The notes: a model not told the origin generated them from the sequence alone. A stretch of DNA of 64,000 bases from Candidatus Woesearchaeota archaeon (GCA_964509675.1 CAZDXC010000002.1:7425-71424), one strand, 5' to 3'; shown: positions 27,413 through 37,605, counted from the first letter of the stretch. A program made the numbers and translations.

Positions 27413-29695
27413 TTAGAATTTTTTTGTTTTTATTTGTTCATTTAGCCATTTCTGCCATTCAGGAAAAACTCTTTCACTTACAGGTAAGCCGACTTCCTGC
27501 CTGACATTGTCAGAAATTTCATAAAACATATGATTTGCAAGTGTATTGAATTGTGCTTCTAATATTTTGCTGTAGCCTGTTTTTTTTGCAACATCCACGA
27601 GTTCTTTTTTGATTTTAGTTCTCAGCAGAATATTATCATAGATAGCATCCCAATTTCCTGCCCATCCCTTGACGCTTGAAGCAACTCCCTTTATGATTTC
27701 GCTGTCTCCATTAATCAAATCATCACTTGCCTCAAGCTCGTCTTTTTCTATATTGTAATTAAGCAAATCTACAAATCCTTTTTCCAAAAGAGGGTCTTCT
27801 TTCCAATGTTTTCTGACTTCTGCAAGCTGGACAACCCTTCTCAAAGAATGCAAACCATCAGGAGTTTTTATCGGATTGCAGACAAGAACTATGTCAGTGG
27901 CCTTGAAACTAGTAGCCGGAACTTCCAAGTCATTCACAACCCTGTCAAAAACAGCATACGGAGATGCTCCGTGAATTGTCCCTGCCACGACATTTGCCAG
28001 AGCCCCAACCCTCATTGCTTCATAAAGTGCCTTCGCCTCAACACTCCTAACCTCTCCGAGAATTAAACAACTATCTCCCAAACGCAAACTTGTTCTTATT
28101 CCATCATCAGCAGAAACTTCTGTTGTTGTTTTAAGCAAAGCAGAACGAACCTTCATTCTCAGGATATCATATTCTAATTTTCTTAAAGATTCAACAGGCA
28201 ATTCAAGAGAATCCTCAATAACAATAATCCTGTGTTTTGGAACAATTTCCAGCATAAGACTTCCAAGCAGAGAAGTTTTTCCCGAACTCCTCGTTCCTGC
28301 AACCAAAAGAGTCCTTGCTCCGTCAATTAAAAAGCTCAGTAATCCTGCAGTAAAAGAATTTATCATTCTGTTCTGTATAAAAAGAGGAAGTGTCCACGGT
28401 TCTTCTCTGTGGCGTCTTATTGCATATGCCAACCCATCAGGAGAAAGAGGATTTTGAATTATTGAAATTCTTGCTCTTATCTTCCCAATTTCCAGCTGAG
28501 TATCAAGAATTGGGTTTGCCTCATCCAAAGGCCTTCCTGAAATCATTCTGAACTTTGCTGCCCATGAATCAATATCAGACTGACTCGGAAGAATGTTTGT
28601 GGAACACTCATCAAAATCCTGGTGTCTCACAAAAATATTAGTCATTGGAATCGGAGCATTTAAAACTATATCCTGAAGTTTCTTGTCCTGCAGCAAAACT
28701 TCTATAAGTCCGAAACCAATAGTTTGACGAACGAGAATTGTTGCCAGTTTGTTTAAATCAGAATAATTTAATTTTATTCTTTTTGTTTGTGATAAATCCT
28801 GCAATAAATCTTTTGAAATATTAAAAAAAACCTGCCTTATCCTTTCTACATCTGTGAATTCTTCTGCCTTGGGTTGATGTTCTATTAAAACCCCTCTTGC
28901 CAAATTTAAAAGCATATTATAATCTTCATCAAGAGAATTTTCAGGAGGATTGAGATGATACATTAATTTTGATTCATTTTTTCTTTTTAAGATTGTCACG
29001 ATAGAAGTATCATAATCTTCTCCTATTTCATATTGGTCAATAATCTCTGAATCATCAGGAATATCATAAATCAGCCTGGTAAAGGTAAAATTAGGGATTA
29101 TGTCTGGTTTTAATATCTTGTTATATATGTTCCTGTCTCCTTTTCTGTATCCTTCAAGGTAAGGAAGAGCCATCTGTATCATTTTTGTATTCTCCAGCAA
29201 AGAAAAAATTCTTTCCAAAAGATGTGTGTAATTTTCCTGGTCTGCCCTAAACTGCAAATCAATTTTTTCTGTCAGAATCTTGGATTGAATAATTATTTTT
29301 TTTAATTCAAAATATGCAGCAATTGGATCCTGTCTTAGCAAGAGTAAAAAAGAAAAAAGTTCATTATATCTTTGACTAAAAAATTGTTCATTAGAAGTCA
29401 CTAGTTTGTCTTGAGACAATATTTTTTCCTGTTTCAAAAGATAGACATATAACTGCGCAATTTCTAACAGAATAGCGGTTTCTTTAAAATCATAATTGTA
29501 ATTTTTTTGCTGAGAAAAGACAATCCTTGAAACGCCGGGATTTTCAATTAAAGCATCCATAGTTCTTGCCATTACTTCTGGATAATCCGAAAGACTCGGA
29601 ACATACGGTGCTCCAAGGTAATCAATATAAAGAACATCCTCTCCACCTTCCCGTCTGACTTCATGAGAATATAACTTTTCCTCTTTGTCCGGCAT
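27413..29695 (-). CDS. Type II/IV secretion system ATPase (TadA/ArlI-like)
   Basis: GTRSSGKTS Walker A, IED..EL, LRLGD..LILGEVR..EA and GTIH. Confidence 0.95.
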   Translation of the reverse strand: MPDKEEKLYSHEVRREGGEDVLYIDYLGAPYVPSLSDYPEVMARTMDALIENPGVSRIVFSQQKNYNYDFKETAILLEIAQLYVYLLKQEKILSQDKLVTSNEQFFSQRYNELFSFLLLLRQDPIAAYFELKKIIIQSKILTEKIDLQFRADQENYTHLLERIFSLLENTKMIQMALPYLEGYRKGDRNIYNKILKPDIIPNFTFTRLIYDIPDDSEIIDQYEIGEDYDTSIVTILKRKNESKLMYHLNPPENSLDEDYNMLLNLARGVLIEHQPKAEEFTDVERIRQVFFNISKDLLQDLSQTKRIKLNYSDLNKLATILVRQTIGFGLIEVLLQDKKLQDIVLNAPIPMTNIFVRHQDFDECSTNILPSQSDIDSWAAKFRMISGRPLDEANPILDTQLEIGKIRARISIIQNPLSPDGLAYAIRRHREEPWTLPLFIQNRMINSFTAGLLSFLIDGARTLLVAGTRSSGKTSLLGSLMLEIVPKHRIIVIEDSLELPVESLRKLEYDILRMKVRSALLKTTTEVSADDGIRTSLRLGDSCLILGEVRSVEAKALYEAMRVGALANVVAGTIHGASPYAVFDRVVNDLEVPATSFKATDIVLVCNPIKTPDGLHSLRRVVQLAEVRKHWKEDPLLEKGFVDLLNYNIEKDELEASDDLINGDSEIIKGVASSVKGWAGNWDAIYDNILLRTKIKKELVDVAKKTGYSKILEAQFNTLANHMFYEISDNVRQEVGLPVSERVFPEWQKWLNEQIKTKKF

Positions 29696-29773
29696 GTATA
29701 AAAAAGATGTAGCAAGTTTAAAATATTTTGTATCAAACACAACAATTTTAAACTATTTTAACATTATTCCATT

Positions 29774-30097
29774 ATGGCTGAACAGGGAGACTACAGTGGA
29801 TTTTTTTCTGAAATTAATGCAAAGATTAGGGACATTGAAGACAAACAAAAAATTATGAAAAGCAGACTTCTTTTAATAGGAGAGAATCTTGTTGAAATAA
29901 AAGATAACACTAACAAAAAAATATTAGAATTAAAAAAAGATGTTGAAATCATAAAACAAAGCATAGAAAGAATGTCTTCTTTTTTAGAAACAATTTCAGG
30001 TGAATTTTCAAAATTTGCGAAAAAAGAAGATTTGGAAATTTTAATAAAACAAGCAAAAATGTTCCAGCCATTGGAGTCAAGAAGAAAAAATAAGTAG
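29774..30097 (+). CDS. Coiled-coil hypothetical protein
   Basis: Heptad pattern; divergent from the pilus ATPase. Confidence 0.75.
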   Translation: MAEQGDYSGFFSEINAKIRDIEDKQKIMKSRLLLIGENLVEIKDNTNKKILELKKDVEIIKQSIERMSSFLETISGEFSKFAKKEDLEILIKQAKMFQPLESRRKNK

Positions 30098-30147
30098 AAA
30101 AATTAAAAAACATTTAAAATATAAATAAGATATCAAAAATTTTTAAA

Positions 30148-30852
30148 ATGGGTGTTTTAGAGCAAGTTACTAGGATGAAAGAGCAGGGAATTCCTGAAAG
30201 GGAAATCGTAAGTGAATTATCACAACAGGGGATATCTCCTAAAGAAATTGATGATGCCTTAAAACAAGCCCAAATTAAATATGCTGTTTCTGATGATGAA
30301 GAAGGAATGCAACCTTCAATCATGCCAAAAGGAGAAATGCCTCCAAGCCCAAAACAAAATAAAACATATACTCCTCCTACCTACGAACAACAGCAATATG
30401 CTCCTCAAGAAGAATATGCTCCCCAGGAGCAATACATTCCACAACAACAAGAACAATACTACACTCCTGGAGAAGGATATGAACAGCAATATGCCGCAGG
30501 CATTGATACAGACACTGTAATGGAAATTGCAGACCAGATTTTTTCAGACAGGATAAAAAAAATCCAAAAACAGCTTGATGATGTAACAGAAGCCTCAACA
30601 CTATTGCAAACAAAAGTGGAAAATGTTTCAGAGAGACTTAAAAAAATGGAAACAATGATGGATAAATTGCAGATTGCAATTCTTGAAAAAGTCGGAAGCT
30701 ATGGAAAAAACCTGGAAAATATAAAAAAAGAAATGTCTATGATGCAAAATTCCTTTTCAAAAATGATTTCCAGTCCTAAAAAAGAAAGCACTGAAAAGAA
30801 AATAGAAAAGAGCTTGACTAATCTGGAAAAGAAAATTTCCAAGAAAAAATAA
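30148..30852 (+). CDS. Hypothetical protein with a Q/Y/P-rich linker and a coiled coil
   Basis: YEQQQYAPQEEYAPQEQY repeats. Confidence 0.8.
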   Translation: MGVLEQVTRMKEQGIPEREIVSELSQQGISPKEIDDALKQAQIKYAVSDDEEGMQPSIMPKGEMPPSPKQNKTYTPPTYEQQQYAPQEEYAPQEQYIPQQQEQYYTPGEGYEQQYAAGIDTDTVMEIADQIFSDRIKKIQKQLDDVTEASTLLQTKVENVSERLKKMETMMDKLQIAILEKVGSYGKNLENIKKEMSMMQNSFSKMISSPKKESTEKKIEKSLTNLEKKISKKK

Positions 30853-31425
30853 TTATTCTTTAAAACCCCTAAATAAAACAGGAGTATAAGGGGGAGGTTC
30901 TTTGCCTTTAGGAGATGCACTTCCAATAATTACTGCAATTAATATAAAAAGAACTATTGCACCTACAACCAATTGCCAGTTATCTCCCCACCATTGTCCT
31001 GACTGCCAGCCAGCTGCTCCTGCAGATTGTATCAGAACTGCACCAATGGTGATAACCCCCACTCCAAGAAGAACATAGTTGATTAAATTGCTTTTCGGGT
31101 CTGCAAATAATCCAAGAACAATTAAAATTCCAAGTATTATTGCTAAGGCAATTCCAATCCTTGGAAAAATTTCTGAAAAAAAAGCGGGAACAAATTCAAA
31201 TTGTAATGCCATTAACGCGACAGCCAAAGCAATAATTCCGTTAACAACTTTATTATCCTTGAATATTTGAATTCTTGTCAGGATTCCAAAAACCAAAGCA
31301 AATATTAGCAAAAAGGGAAGAAGATAACTAAAAAATCCTGCCTGTTCCCATTTAGAAAGAAAATCGCCTAAAGCTCCTCCTGAAAAAGCACTGTAAGAAG
31401 CTAGGATTATCACCCCATGTAACAT
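30853..31425 (-). CDS. Conserved membrane protein (paralog of the neighbouring gene)
   Basis: LLPFLLIFALVFGIL....IF. Confidence 0.8.
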   Translation of the reverse strand: MLHGVIILASYSAFSGGALGDFLSKWEQAGFFSYLLPFLLIFALVFGILTRIQIFKDNKVVNGIIALAVALMALQFEFVPAFFSEIFPRIGIALAIILGILIVLGLFADPKSNLINYVLLGVGVITIGAVLIQSAGAAGWQSGQWWGDNWQLVVGAIVLFILIAVIIGSASPKGKEPPPYTPVLFRGFKE

Positions 31426-31467
31426 ATAAAAGATTATGAAAATATATTTAAATATGTTTCGTTGAAT

Positions 31468-31959
31468 TTATGATTTTTTCTCTTTGCCGATTAAAACCAA
31501 AGCTAATGCTACTGCTATTACAAGAACAAAGGCAATATTTGTCCAAATCTGACTTTGAGTTGATAAAAAATTTCCGATCCCAGTCCCCCATCCTGTCGCC
31601 CAAAGAATTCCTCCTATAAAGGCAATACCAACAACAACTCCAAGCACTATCTTCATCCACTTATCCAATTTGAATTCTTCTTTGCTTCCGAATATAAATC
31701 CCCACAACAATAAAATAACAAATACTACCACAAGAGTAACGGTTAAAAATAAAATCATATTTTCAACAACGAGTTTGGGGTAAACTGCACTTACAAAAAT
31801 TAAACCTATCACAAATGAGACAAGAGCATTTAGTTGTTTTTTTCTCTCTCCAAAAAGTTTGGTTCTGTCAAGGATTGCAAAAACTATAAAGAAAACCAAT
31901 AAAAAAGGAAGAATAAATTTTGAAACAATCCAGCTTTGCAAAAATGTCTCATTAGCCAT
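31468..31959 (-). CDS. Conserved membrane protein
   Basis: ILPFLLVFFIVFAILDRTKLFG. Confidence 0.8.
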   Translation of the reverse strand: MANETFLQSWIVSKFILPFLLVFFIVFAILDRTKLFGERKKQLNALVSFVIGLIFVSAVYPKLVVENMILFLTVTLVVVFVILLLWGFIFGSKEEFKLDKWMKIVLGVVVGIAFIGGILWATGWGTGIGNFLSTQSQIWTNIAFVLVIAVALALVLIGKEKKS

Positions 31960-31960
31960 C

Positions 31961-32239
31961 TTATACCAAATCTTCAGGTATCTCTTCTAAATTAGAATCC
32001 GGGTTTGGCAGAGCAGCCCTGTTGATTAAGAATACATCTCCAACTGCCTTAACAAACTGATGGGGGATTATAACTCCCTTTGCTCCTCCAACAAGAGACA
32101 CAACACTACCTCCTACCTTTATCCTCCAACCATCAACCTTATTATCTGACAAATTAGCTTCTTCTATTTCTCCAAAAAAATCTCCAGAATCAGTATAAAC
32201 TCTGCTCCCAATAACCTCACTAATCTTTTTTATCCTCAT
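31961..32239 (-). CDS. PRC-barrel protein (CdpB-like)
   Basis: IG.RVYTDSG.FFG.I....IP...VKAVGDV. Confidence 0.88.
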   Translation of the reverse strand: MRIKKISEVIGSRVYTDSGDFFGEIEEANLSDNKVDGWRIKVGGSVVSLVGGAKGVIIPHQFVKAVGDVFLINRAALPNPDSNLEEIPEDLV

Positions 32240-32339
32240 AAATAAATTTATGATGTCCTATTTAAATAGTTTTCCATAATTGAAAATATAATAGGAGTAA
32301 CATAACAAGCTTTATAAAAAAAATAAACATAGAAAAGAT

Positions 32340-32984
32340 ATGATAAATAAAAAAGAGATATTGGTTATAAGTGTTATTATTCTCATCATCACCCTGACAT
32401 TAAGTTTGTCTTTGAATATGATTAAAGAATGGAAAACAATTCTTTACACCCTCCTTGCAGTGTCAATAGTGATTTTGGCAAATATATTAACAAAAAAAAT
32501 TGTGGCTTACAATCTTGATTCAGAAATAGAAATAAGGATTTGGGAAACCGGAAAATACGGATTTGTAAAGGATAAAAAAAAGAAAAAACCATTTCCATTA
32601 GGGGCTTTTCTTCCTGTAATCTCTAAAATAGTTCTCTTTCCGTTCAAAAGTTTTATTTGGATGGCCTCTTTAGTTTTTGATGTAAAACCAAGGATCTACA
32701 GAGGAGCAAAAAGATTTGGGTTATATACATTCTCTGAAATAACAGAATACCATCTCGGATTAATTGCTGCGTCTGGAATTGTCATAAATCTTATTCTTGC
32801 AGTTGTTGGATATTTTTCAGGTTTTCCTCTTTTAGCAAGGTTGAATGTATACTATGCTTTTTTTAATATGCTTCCGATATCTGAATTAGACGGAAATAAA
32901 ATATTCTTTGGAAATCTGATAATGTGGAGTTTCTTGGCTTCTTTGGTTTTAATCGGCATGCTTCTTGCAATTTTTATAATATAA
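32340..32984 (+). CDS. Site-2 protease (M50)-like membrane protein lacking HExxH
   Basis: IAASG...N and FFNMLP...LDG.K motifs. Confidence 0.75.
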   Translation: MINKKEILVISVIILIITLTLSLSLNMIKEWKTILYTLLAVSIVILANILTKKIVAYNLDSEIEIRIWETGKYGFVKDKKKKKPFPLGAFLPVISKIVLFPFKSFIWMASLVFDVKPRIYRGAKRFGLYTFSEITEYHLGLIAASGIVINLILAVVGYFSGFPLLARLNVYYAFFNMLPISELDGNKIFFGNLIMWSFLASLVLIGMLLAIFII

Positions 32985-33023
32985 TTACATAAATTATTTA
33001 AAATAAACAAACATAGAAAAGAT

Positions 33024-33230
33024 ATGAAAGAAAGTTTTCTTACAAAAAGGAATGTGACATGGATATTTGCAATTATTTCTATAATTTCGGGCTTCTTCTT
33101 CCTTGACTCTGGCCCAACAGGAAATATAATTATAAACAAACAGAGTTCAATAAGCATCCTTTCAATAATTGGTTTATTATTAATTGCATGTTCTGCTGTT
33201 CTTATCACATATTCTGTAAAAAAGAAATAA
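33024..33230 (+). CDS. Small membrane protein with two TM helices
   Basis: TM-TGN-TM architecture. Confidence 0.65.
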   Translation: MKESFLTKRNVTWIFAIISIISGFFFLDSGPTGNIIINKQSSISILSIIGLLLIACSAVLITYSVKKK

Positions 33231-33237
33231 AATTAAA

Positions 33238-34803
33238 ATGGAATTTTTAAAGGGAATATCTCCTAGAGAATATCAGCAAAAAATAGTCAACACATGCATA
33301 AATAAGAATTGTTTGGTAATCCTTCCTACCGGATTAGGAAAAACTCTTATTGCCCTAATGTTAACAATAGAAAGAATGAAAAACTTTCCTGGAGATAAAG
33401 TTATTTTTCTTGCTCCAACCAAACCACTCGTTGAACAACATCTCAATTATTTCAAAAAACACCTCCCGGAATTATTTGCTGAAATGACTCTTTTTACAGG
33501 ACAAATAAACCCCGAACAGAGAAAAAAACTCTGGCAGACATCCGACATTATTTTTTCAACCCCACAATGTATTGCCAATGATCTAAAAAAAGAATTATAT
33601 GATTTAAGAAATGTCTGTCTTTTGATAGAGGATGAGGCCCACAGATGTATTAAAAATTATGATTATAATTATGTGGCGCATAAATATATAGAACAGGCTT
33701 CTCATCAAAGGGTAATGGGTTTAACAGCATCTCCTGGCTCTGACGCAGGAAAAATAAAAGAAATTTGCAGAAATCTTTCCATTGAAGAAGTTGAATTAAA
33801 AACAAGGGACAGTGAAGATGTTAAAGAATACCTCCAAGAATTAAAATTCGAAAAAATAATTATAGATTTTCCAGAGAAGCTAAATGAAATAAGAAACCTG
33901 CTTAAAAAAATTTTAAATACTTATGTTGAGGAATTAAAAAACAGGAAAGTTTTGTTTGAATCTCCATCAAAGATAAAATTGATAGAATTACAGAAAAAAT
34001 TAATGCGTATGATCTCTTCTGGAAATAGAAATTATAATTATCTTCTGGCAGTCTCCTCGTGTTCACAGGCAATAAAACTTCAGCATGCAATAGAACTTTT
34101 GGAAACACAAACTCTTTTCAGTTTTAATGAATATTTAAAAGAGCTGTTTAAACAAGCATATGATAAAAAGAGCAAGGGAGTTATAAAACTCGTAAATAAA
34201 AATGAGTTTAAGCTTGCATATATAAAAAGCAGTGAGATGCTTGCAAATGGAATTGAACATCCAAAGCTGGAAGGATTAACAAGACTGATAGAGGAAGAAA
34301 AGAAAAAAAATGATAAAGTAAAAATTCTTATTTTCACGCAATTCAGAAACACGGCTGCAATAATTTCAAGAAAATTAAATTATATTCCGGGAATAAGAGC
34401 CAGGGTTTTTATTGGACAGGCAAAAAAAATCTCCAATGGAAAAAGCATGGGATTAAGTCAAAAAGAGCAGAAAAAAATAATACAGGAATTTTCCTCAGGA
34501 GAAATAAATGTTCTTTGTGCGACTTCAATAGGGGAAGAAGGATTAGATATTCCAGAAGTCAATATTGTTATTTTTTACGAAAGTGTTCCTTCTGCAATAA
34601 GAAAAATTCAAAGAAGCGGAAGAACAGCAAGATTAATTGCAGGAAAATTAATAATGCTTATAGCAAGAACTACAAGAGACGAAACTTTTTATTATGTAGC
34701 AAATGCAAAAGAAAAAAAGATGCATAAAACAATTCAGGGAATAAAAGAAGAAATGACAAATGGAAGTTTAAAATATAAAAAAGAAAAACAAAAAACTCTA
34801 TAA
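33238..34803 (+). CDS. Hef/FANCM-like SF2 helicase (helicase half)
   Basis: PREYQ, LPTGLGKT, DEAH, TASPG, EEGLDIP and QRSGRTAR. Confidence 0.93.
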   Translation: MEFLKGISPREYQQKIVNTCINKNCLVILPTGLGKTLIALMLTIERMKNFPGDKVIFLAPTKPLVEQHLNYFKKHLPELFAEMTLFTGQINPEQRKKLWQTSDIIFSTPQCIANDLKKELYDLRNVCLLIEDEAHRCIKNYDYNYVAHKYIEQASHQRVMGLTASPGSDAGKIKEICRNLSIEEVELKTRDSEDVKEYLQELKFEKIIIDFPEKLNEIRNLLKKILNTYVEELKNRKVLFESPSKIKLIELQKKLMRMISSGNRNYNYLLAVSSCSQAIKLQHAIELLETQTLFSFNEYLKELFKQAYDKKSKGVIKLVNKNEFKLAYIKSSEMLANGIEHPKLEGLTRLIEEEKKKNDKVKILIFTQFRNTAAIISRKLNYIPGIRARVFIGQAKKISNGKSMGLSQKEQKKIIQEFSSGEINVLCATSIGEEGLDIPEVNIVIFYESVPSAIRKIQRSGRTARLIAGKLIMLIARTTRDETFYYVANAKEKKMHKTIQGIKEEMTNGSLKYKKEKQKTL

Positions 34804-34840
34804 CACAAACTTTTATAAAAAGCATTTCTAAGATAGAAAC

Positions 34841-35605
34841 ATGGCTCCATTTTTCAATATTTTCTCACCTAAGAAGGTAATAAAACAGGAAACTGAAAAA
34901 CAAAAGATAATCATTGATTACAGAGAAAAAAATTCTTTGGTTGCAGCAACTCTCACTGAACTTGGCTTTCAGACAGAGTTCAGGGAATTAAAAGTTGCGG
35001 ATTACCTTGTTAATAATGTTGCAATAGAAAGAAAGACAATTTCTGATTTTATAAATTCCATAATCAACAAAAGAATCCTAAAACAGCTGCATGAATTACA
35101 GCAATATGAAAATAAGCTTTTAATAATAGAAGGAATCGATGAACAGGAATTATACAGTAATGACGCAGAAAAGAGAATGCGATTTCCTTCAGAGGCAATT
35201 GGAGAAATCGCCCAACAGAGTCAAAGGGGAAAACACAATAAAGAAACCCGCAGATTGTCTTTACATCCAAATGCTGTAAGGGGATTTTTGCTTTCAGTAA
35301 CCCTGAGGCACAAAGTTCCTGTAATATTAACAAAAAACTATGAAGATACTGCAAAATATCTCGCAGTATTGGCAAGAAAAAAAGAAAAAGAATCCTCTCT
35401 AAATGTAACAAAAAAAACCCTGAATAAGCAAGAAAGGCTCCAGTTCGTCTTGGAAGGTTTCCCGGGAATCGGTCCAAAAACTGCAAAAAAACTTCTGCAG
35501 CATTTCAAAACAATAAAAAATATAGCAAATGCTTCTATTGAGGAATTAACAGAAGTGATAGGAAAAAAGGCAGAAATTTTTAAGCTGTTTGAAGAAGAAT
35601 ATTAA
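34841..35605 (+). CDS. ERCC4/XPF nuclease with HhH domain (nuclease half of Hef)
   Basis: D.RE, ADY, ERKT..DF and GIGPKTA. Confidence 0.92.
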   Translation: MAPFFNIFSPKKVIKQETEKQKIIIDYREKNSLVAATLTELGFQTEFRELKVADYLVNNVAIERKTISDFINSIINKRILKQLHELQQYENKLLIIEGIDEQELYSNDAEKRMRFPSEAIGEIAQQSQRGKHNKETRRLSLHPNAVRGFLLSVTLRHKVPVILTKNYEDTAKYLAVLARKKEKESSLNVTKKTLNKQERLQFVLEGFPGIGPKTAKKLLQHFKTIKNIANASIEELTEVIGKKAEIFKLFEEEY

Positions 35606-35879
35606 CATCTTTATTCATTCCATTAAAATATCCCGCATGGAGAAAAAAGCCAACATCAATATTATAAGAAGCCTCTCCCAACACGATAGGCACCCTTTTC
35701 TCTGTTGATAAGAAATAATCACTTAATTTGTCTCTAAAAGTAATAAGGGTTTTTTTATCGCTTCCATATAATCCGATTCTCCCTTCCCCGTTGTTTTTAT
35801 TCAAAAAATCTTCTCCTAATTCCTGTGCAAGTCTTTCCAAAATCTTTTCTCTTTTTATTCCTATTTTATTTTCTTCCAT
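35580..35879 (-). CDS. Hypothetical protein
   Basis: 99-aa ORF overlapping the upstream ORF. Confidence 0.55.
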   Translation of the reverse strand: MEENKIGIKREKILERLAQELGEDFLNKNNGEGRIGLYGSDKKTLITFRDKLSDYFLSTEKRVPIVLGEASYNIDVGFFLHAGYFNGMNKDVNILLQTA

Positions 35880-36102
35880 TTTTTAAAATTCTCTCAACAA
35901 TTTCTTCCTCAAGAGAAGGATATATTGAAAATAAACTTGTGGAAGGTTTGCTGTTTTTCTCGCAGATAATTTCATAAATTCCTTTGCTGTAATCAGTTTT
36001 TCCATTCTGAGAATTAGCCCAATTTTCTAATCCAGCCATTCCGCTGTTAAAATAAATAATAGTGGCTTTTTTTACAAGTCCCCTCAAAATTTGCTCATTC
36101 AT
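35866..36102 (-). CDS. Hypothetical protein
   Basis: 78-aa ORF; TTTAAA box about 28 nt upstream. Confidence 0.55.
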   Translation of the reverse strand: MNEQILRGLVKKATIIYFNSGMAGLENWANSQNGKTDYSKGIYEIICEKNSKPSTSLFSIYPSLEEEIVERILKNGRK

Positions 36103-36200
36103 TAAAATATAATTTAGAAGGACTCTTTTTTAAAAAAATCTATATTAAAAAACATATTTCCAAGAACAAAAATTATATAAAACTAAAAATTCTTTCTTAG

Positions 36201-36725
36201 TTATATTTTTAAATTATATGTCTCAAGATTTTCATAAATCGGTCCTTTTTCTGTCAAAATTGATTTCTTTAAATTAAAATTATTAACAATAAATTTCATT
36301 TTTGAAATTTCCACTTTTTTCAATTTCTCAAGAAATCTCTTTTTGTCTTTTATTGATTTTATTCTTGCAATAGTCAGATGAGACATAAATCTTTTTTCTT
36401 TTTCAAATAAATCCTTAAGCTTATTATCTATCTCTCTCTGTAATCCATCACAGTTTTTTATATGCAGCCAGATAATTTTGATAAATTTTTCTGAAAAAAC
36501 TCCTATTGAATCAATCTCTGCCTCAAATTTCTTAAACTCAATTTCTTTCAATTTTTCTCTAATCTTTCCGATTTTTTCATAATTAACTTCGCCCAAAAAC
36601 TTCAAAGTTAAATGCAAATTATCTGTTTCAGTTTTCTTACCCTTAAACTTTGGAAGGGAATCCCGAATATTAACAATTTTCTTTTTTATTTCATTAGGAA
36701 TCTCTATTGAAATGAATGCTCTCAT
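36201..36725 (-). CDS. thpR: RNA 2',3'-cyclic phosphodiesterase (2H family)
   Basis: MRAFISI, HLTLKFLG, HLTIAR and GPIY. Confidence 0.93.
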   Translation of the reverse strand: MRAFISIEIPNEIKKKIVNIRDSLPKFKGKKTETDNLHLTLKFLGEVNYEKIGKIREKLKEIEFKKFEAEIDSIGVFSEKFIKIIWLHIKNCDGLQREIDNKLKDLFEKEKRFMSHLTIARIKSIKDKKRFLEKLKKVEISKMKFIVNNFNLKKSILTEKGPIYENLETYNLKI

Positions 36726-37534
36726 AATAACTCTGCAAGTATTTTTGCTCCAAGTTTAACAGTCATATTATTATGTAATTTATCCATAAGGGGGTTAATT
36801 TCAACAATATCAACTGCCCTTAAAGTTTTTATTTTTTTTATGCGTTGCATTAAAAAGATGAATTGTCTGCTGCTCAGTCCTCCTGGCTCCAAATATCCTG
36901 TTGCAGGGGCAAACACAGGATCTATTATGTCTATATCAACTGAAACATACAATTCAGAATTTGCTTTATTTGAAAATTCCATAATTGTATCACACATATC
37001 ATTCAAGTCTTCTGCAAGATTAGACATAGAAAGTGTCTTTATGTTATTTTCCTTCAAAAATCTTATCTCCTCTCTCCAAACATTTCTCAGTCCAACAATT
37101 AAAACATTTTCCTTAGGAAATCCCCCTTCTATTAACTTTCTAAGCCATTCTTCATGGCTCGGTTCCTGCATTGCAGGCATGCAGTCTGCATGTGCATCAA
37201 AAACTATCAAGCAAGGCTCTTTTTCTAAATTTTTACAATGTTCTAAAAAACCCCTTCCCAAAGGATAACTTATGCTATGGTCCCCTCCTAAAAAAATAAC
37301 CTTGGACTTTGTTTCAAAAATCTTTAAAGAATTATCATAGACTAATTTATTGCTTAATTCCATGTTGGAATTATCCAAATGAATTTCTTCCAAATCTAAA
37401 AGAGATGAATCAATTATATTTCCCTGCTCATTGCTATGAATTTCTTTTAAAGATTCCAAAATGGCATTCCCTGCTTTTTCACAGCCTTTTGTTTTTCCCA
37501 AGCCGTTAATTCCAGGAACTTTAACAATAAACAT
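36722..37534 (-). CDS. Arginase/agmatinase-family ureohydrolase
   Basis: GGDHS, DAHAD, SVDID..DP..APATG and DIVE.NP. Confidence 0.9.
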   Translation of the reverse strand: MFIVKVPGINGLGKTKGCEKAGNAILESLKEIHSNEQGNIIDSSLLDLEEIHLDNSNMELSNKLVYDNSLKIFETKSKVIFLGGDHSISYPLGRGFLEHCKNLEKEPCLIVFDAHADCMPAMQEPSHEEWLRKLIEGGFPKENVLIVGLRNVWREEIRFLKENNIKTLSMSNLAEDLNDMCDTIMEFSNKANSELYVSVDIDIIDPVFAPATGYLEPGGLSSRQFIFLMQRIKKIKTLRAVDIVEINPLMDKLHNNMTVKLGAKILAELL

Positions 37535-37605
37535 GAAATTAACAGAGGGGATGCTCTTTTAAAACTATTCCTGAATAGAAGTTAAAAAAAGTTCTTATCC
37601 TAAGA

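Noticed and set aside
30380..30495. CAA/CAG-rich repeats
   Set aside because: They are explained by a low-complexity Q/Y/P protein linker, with no non-coding copies.
35580..36102. Two orphan ORFs as possible dispersed cassettes of the recombinase system
   Set aside because: I could not find the ACCTWAGTKYACA site flanking them; kept as plain hypothetical genes.
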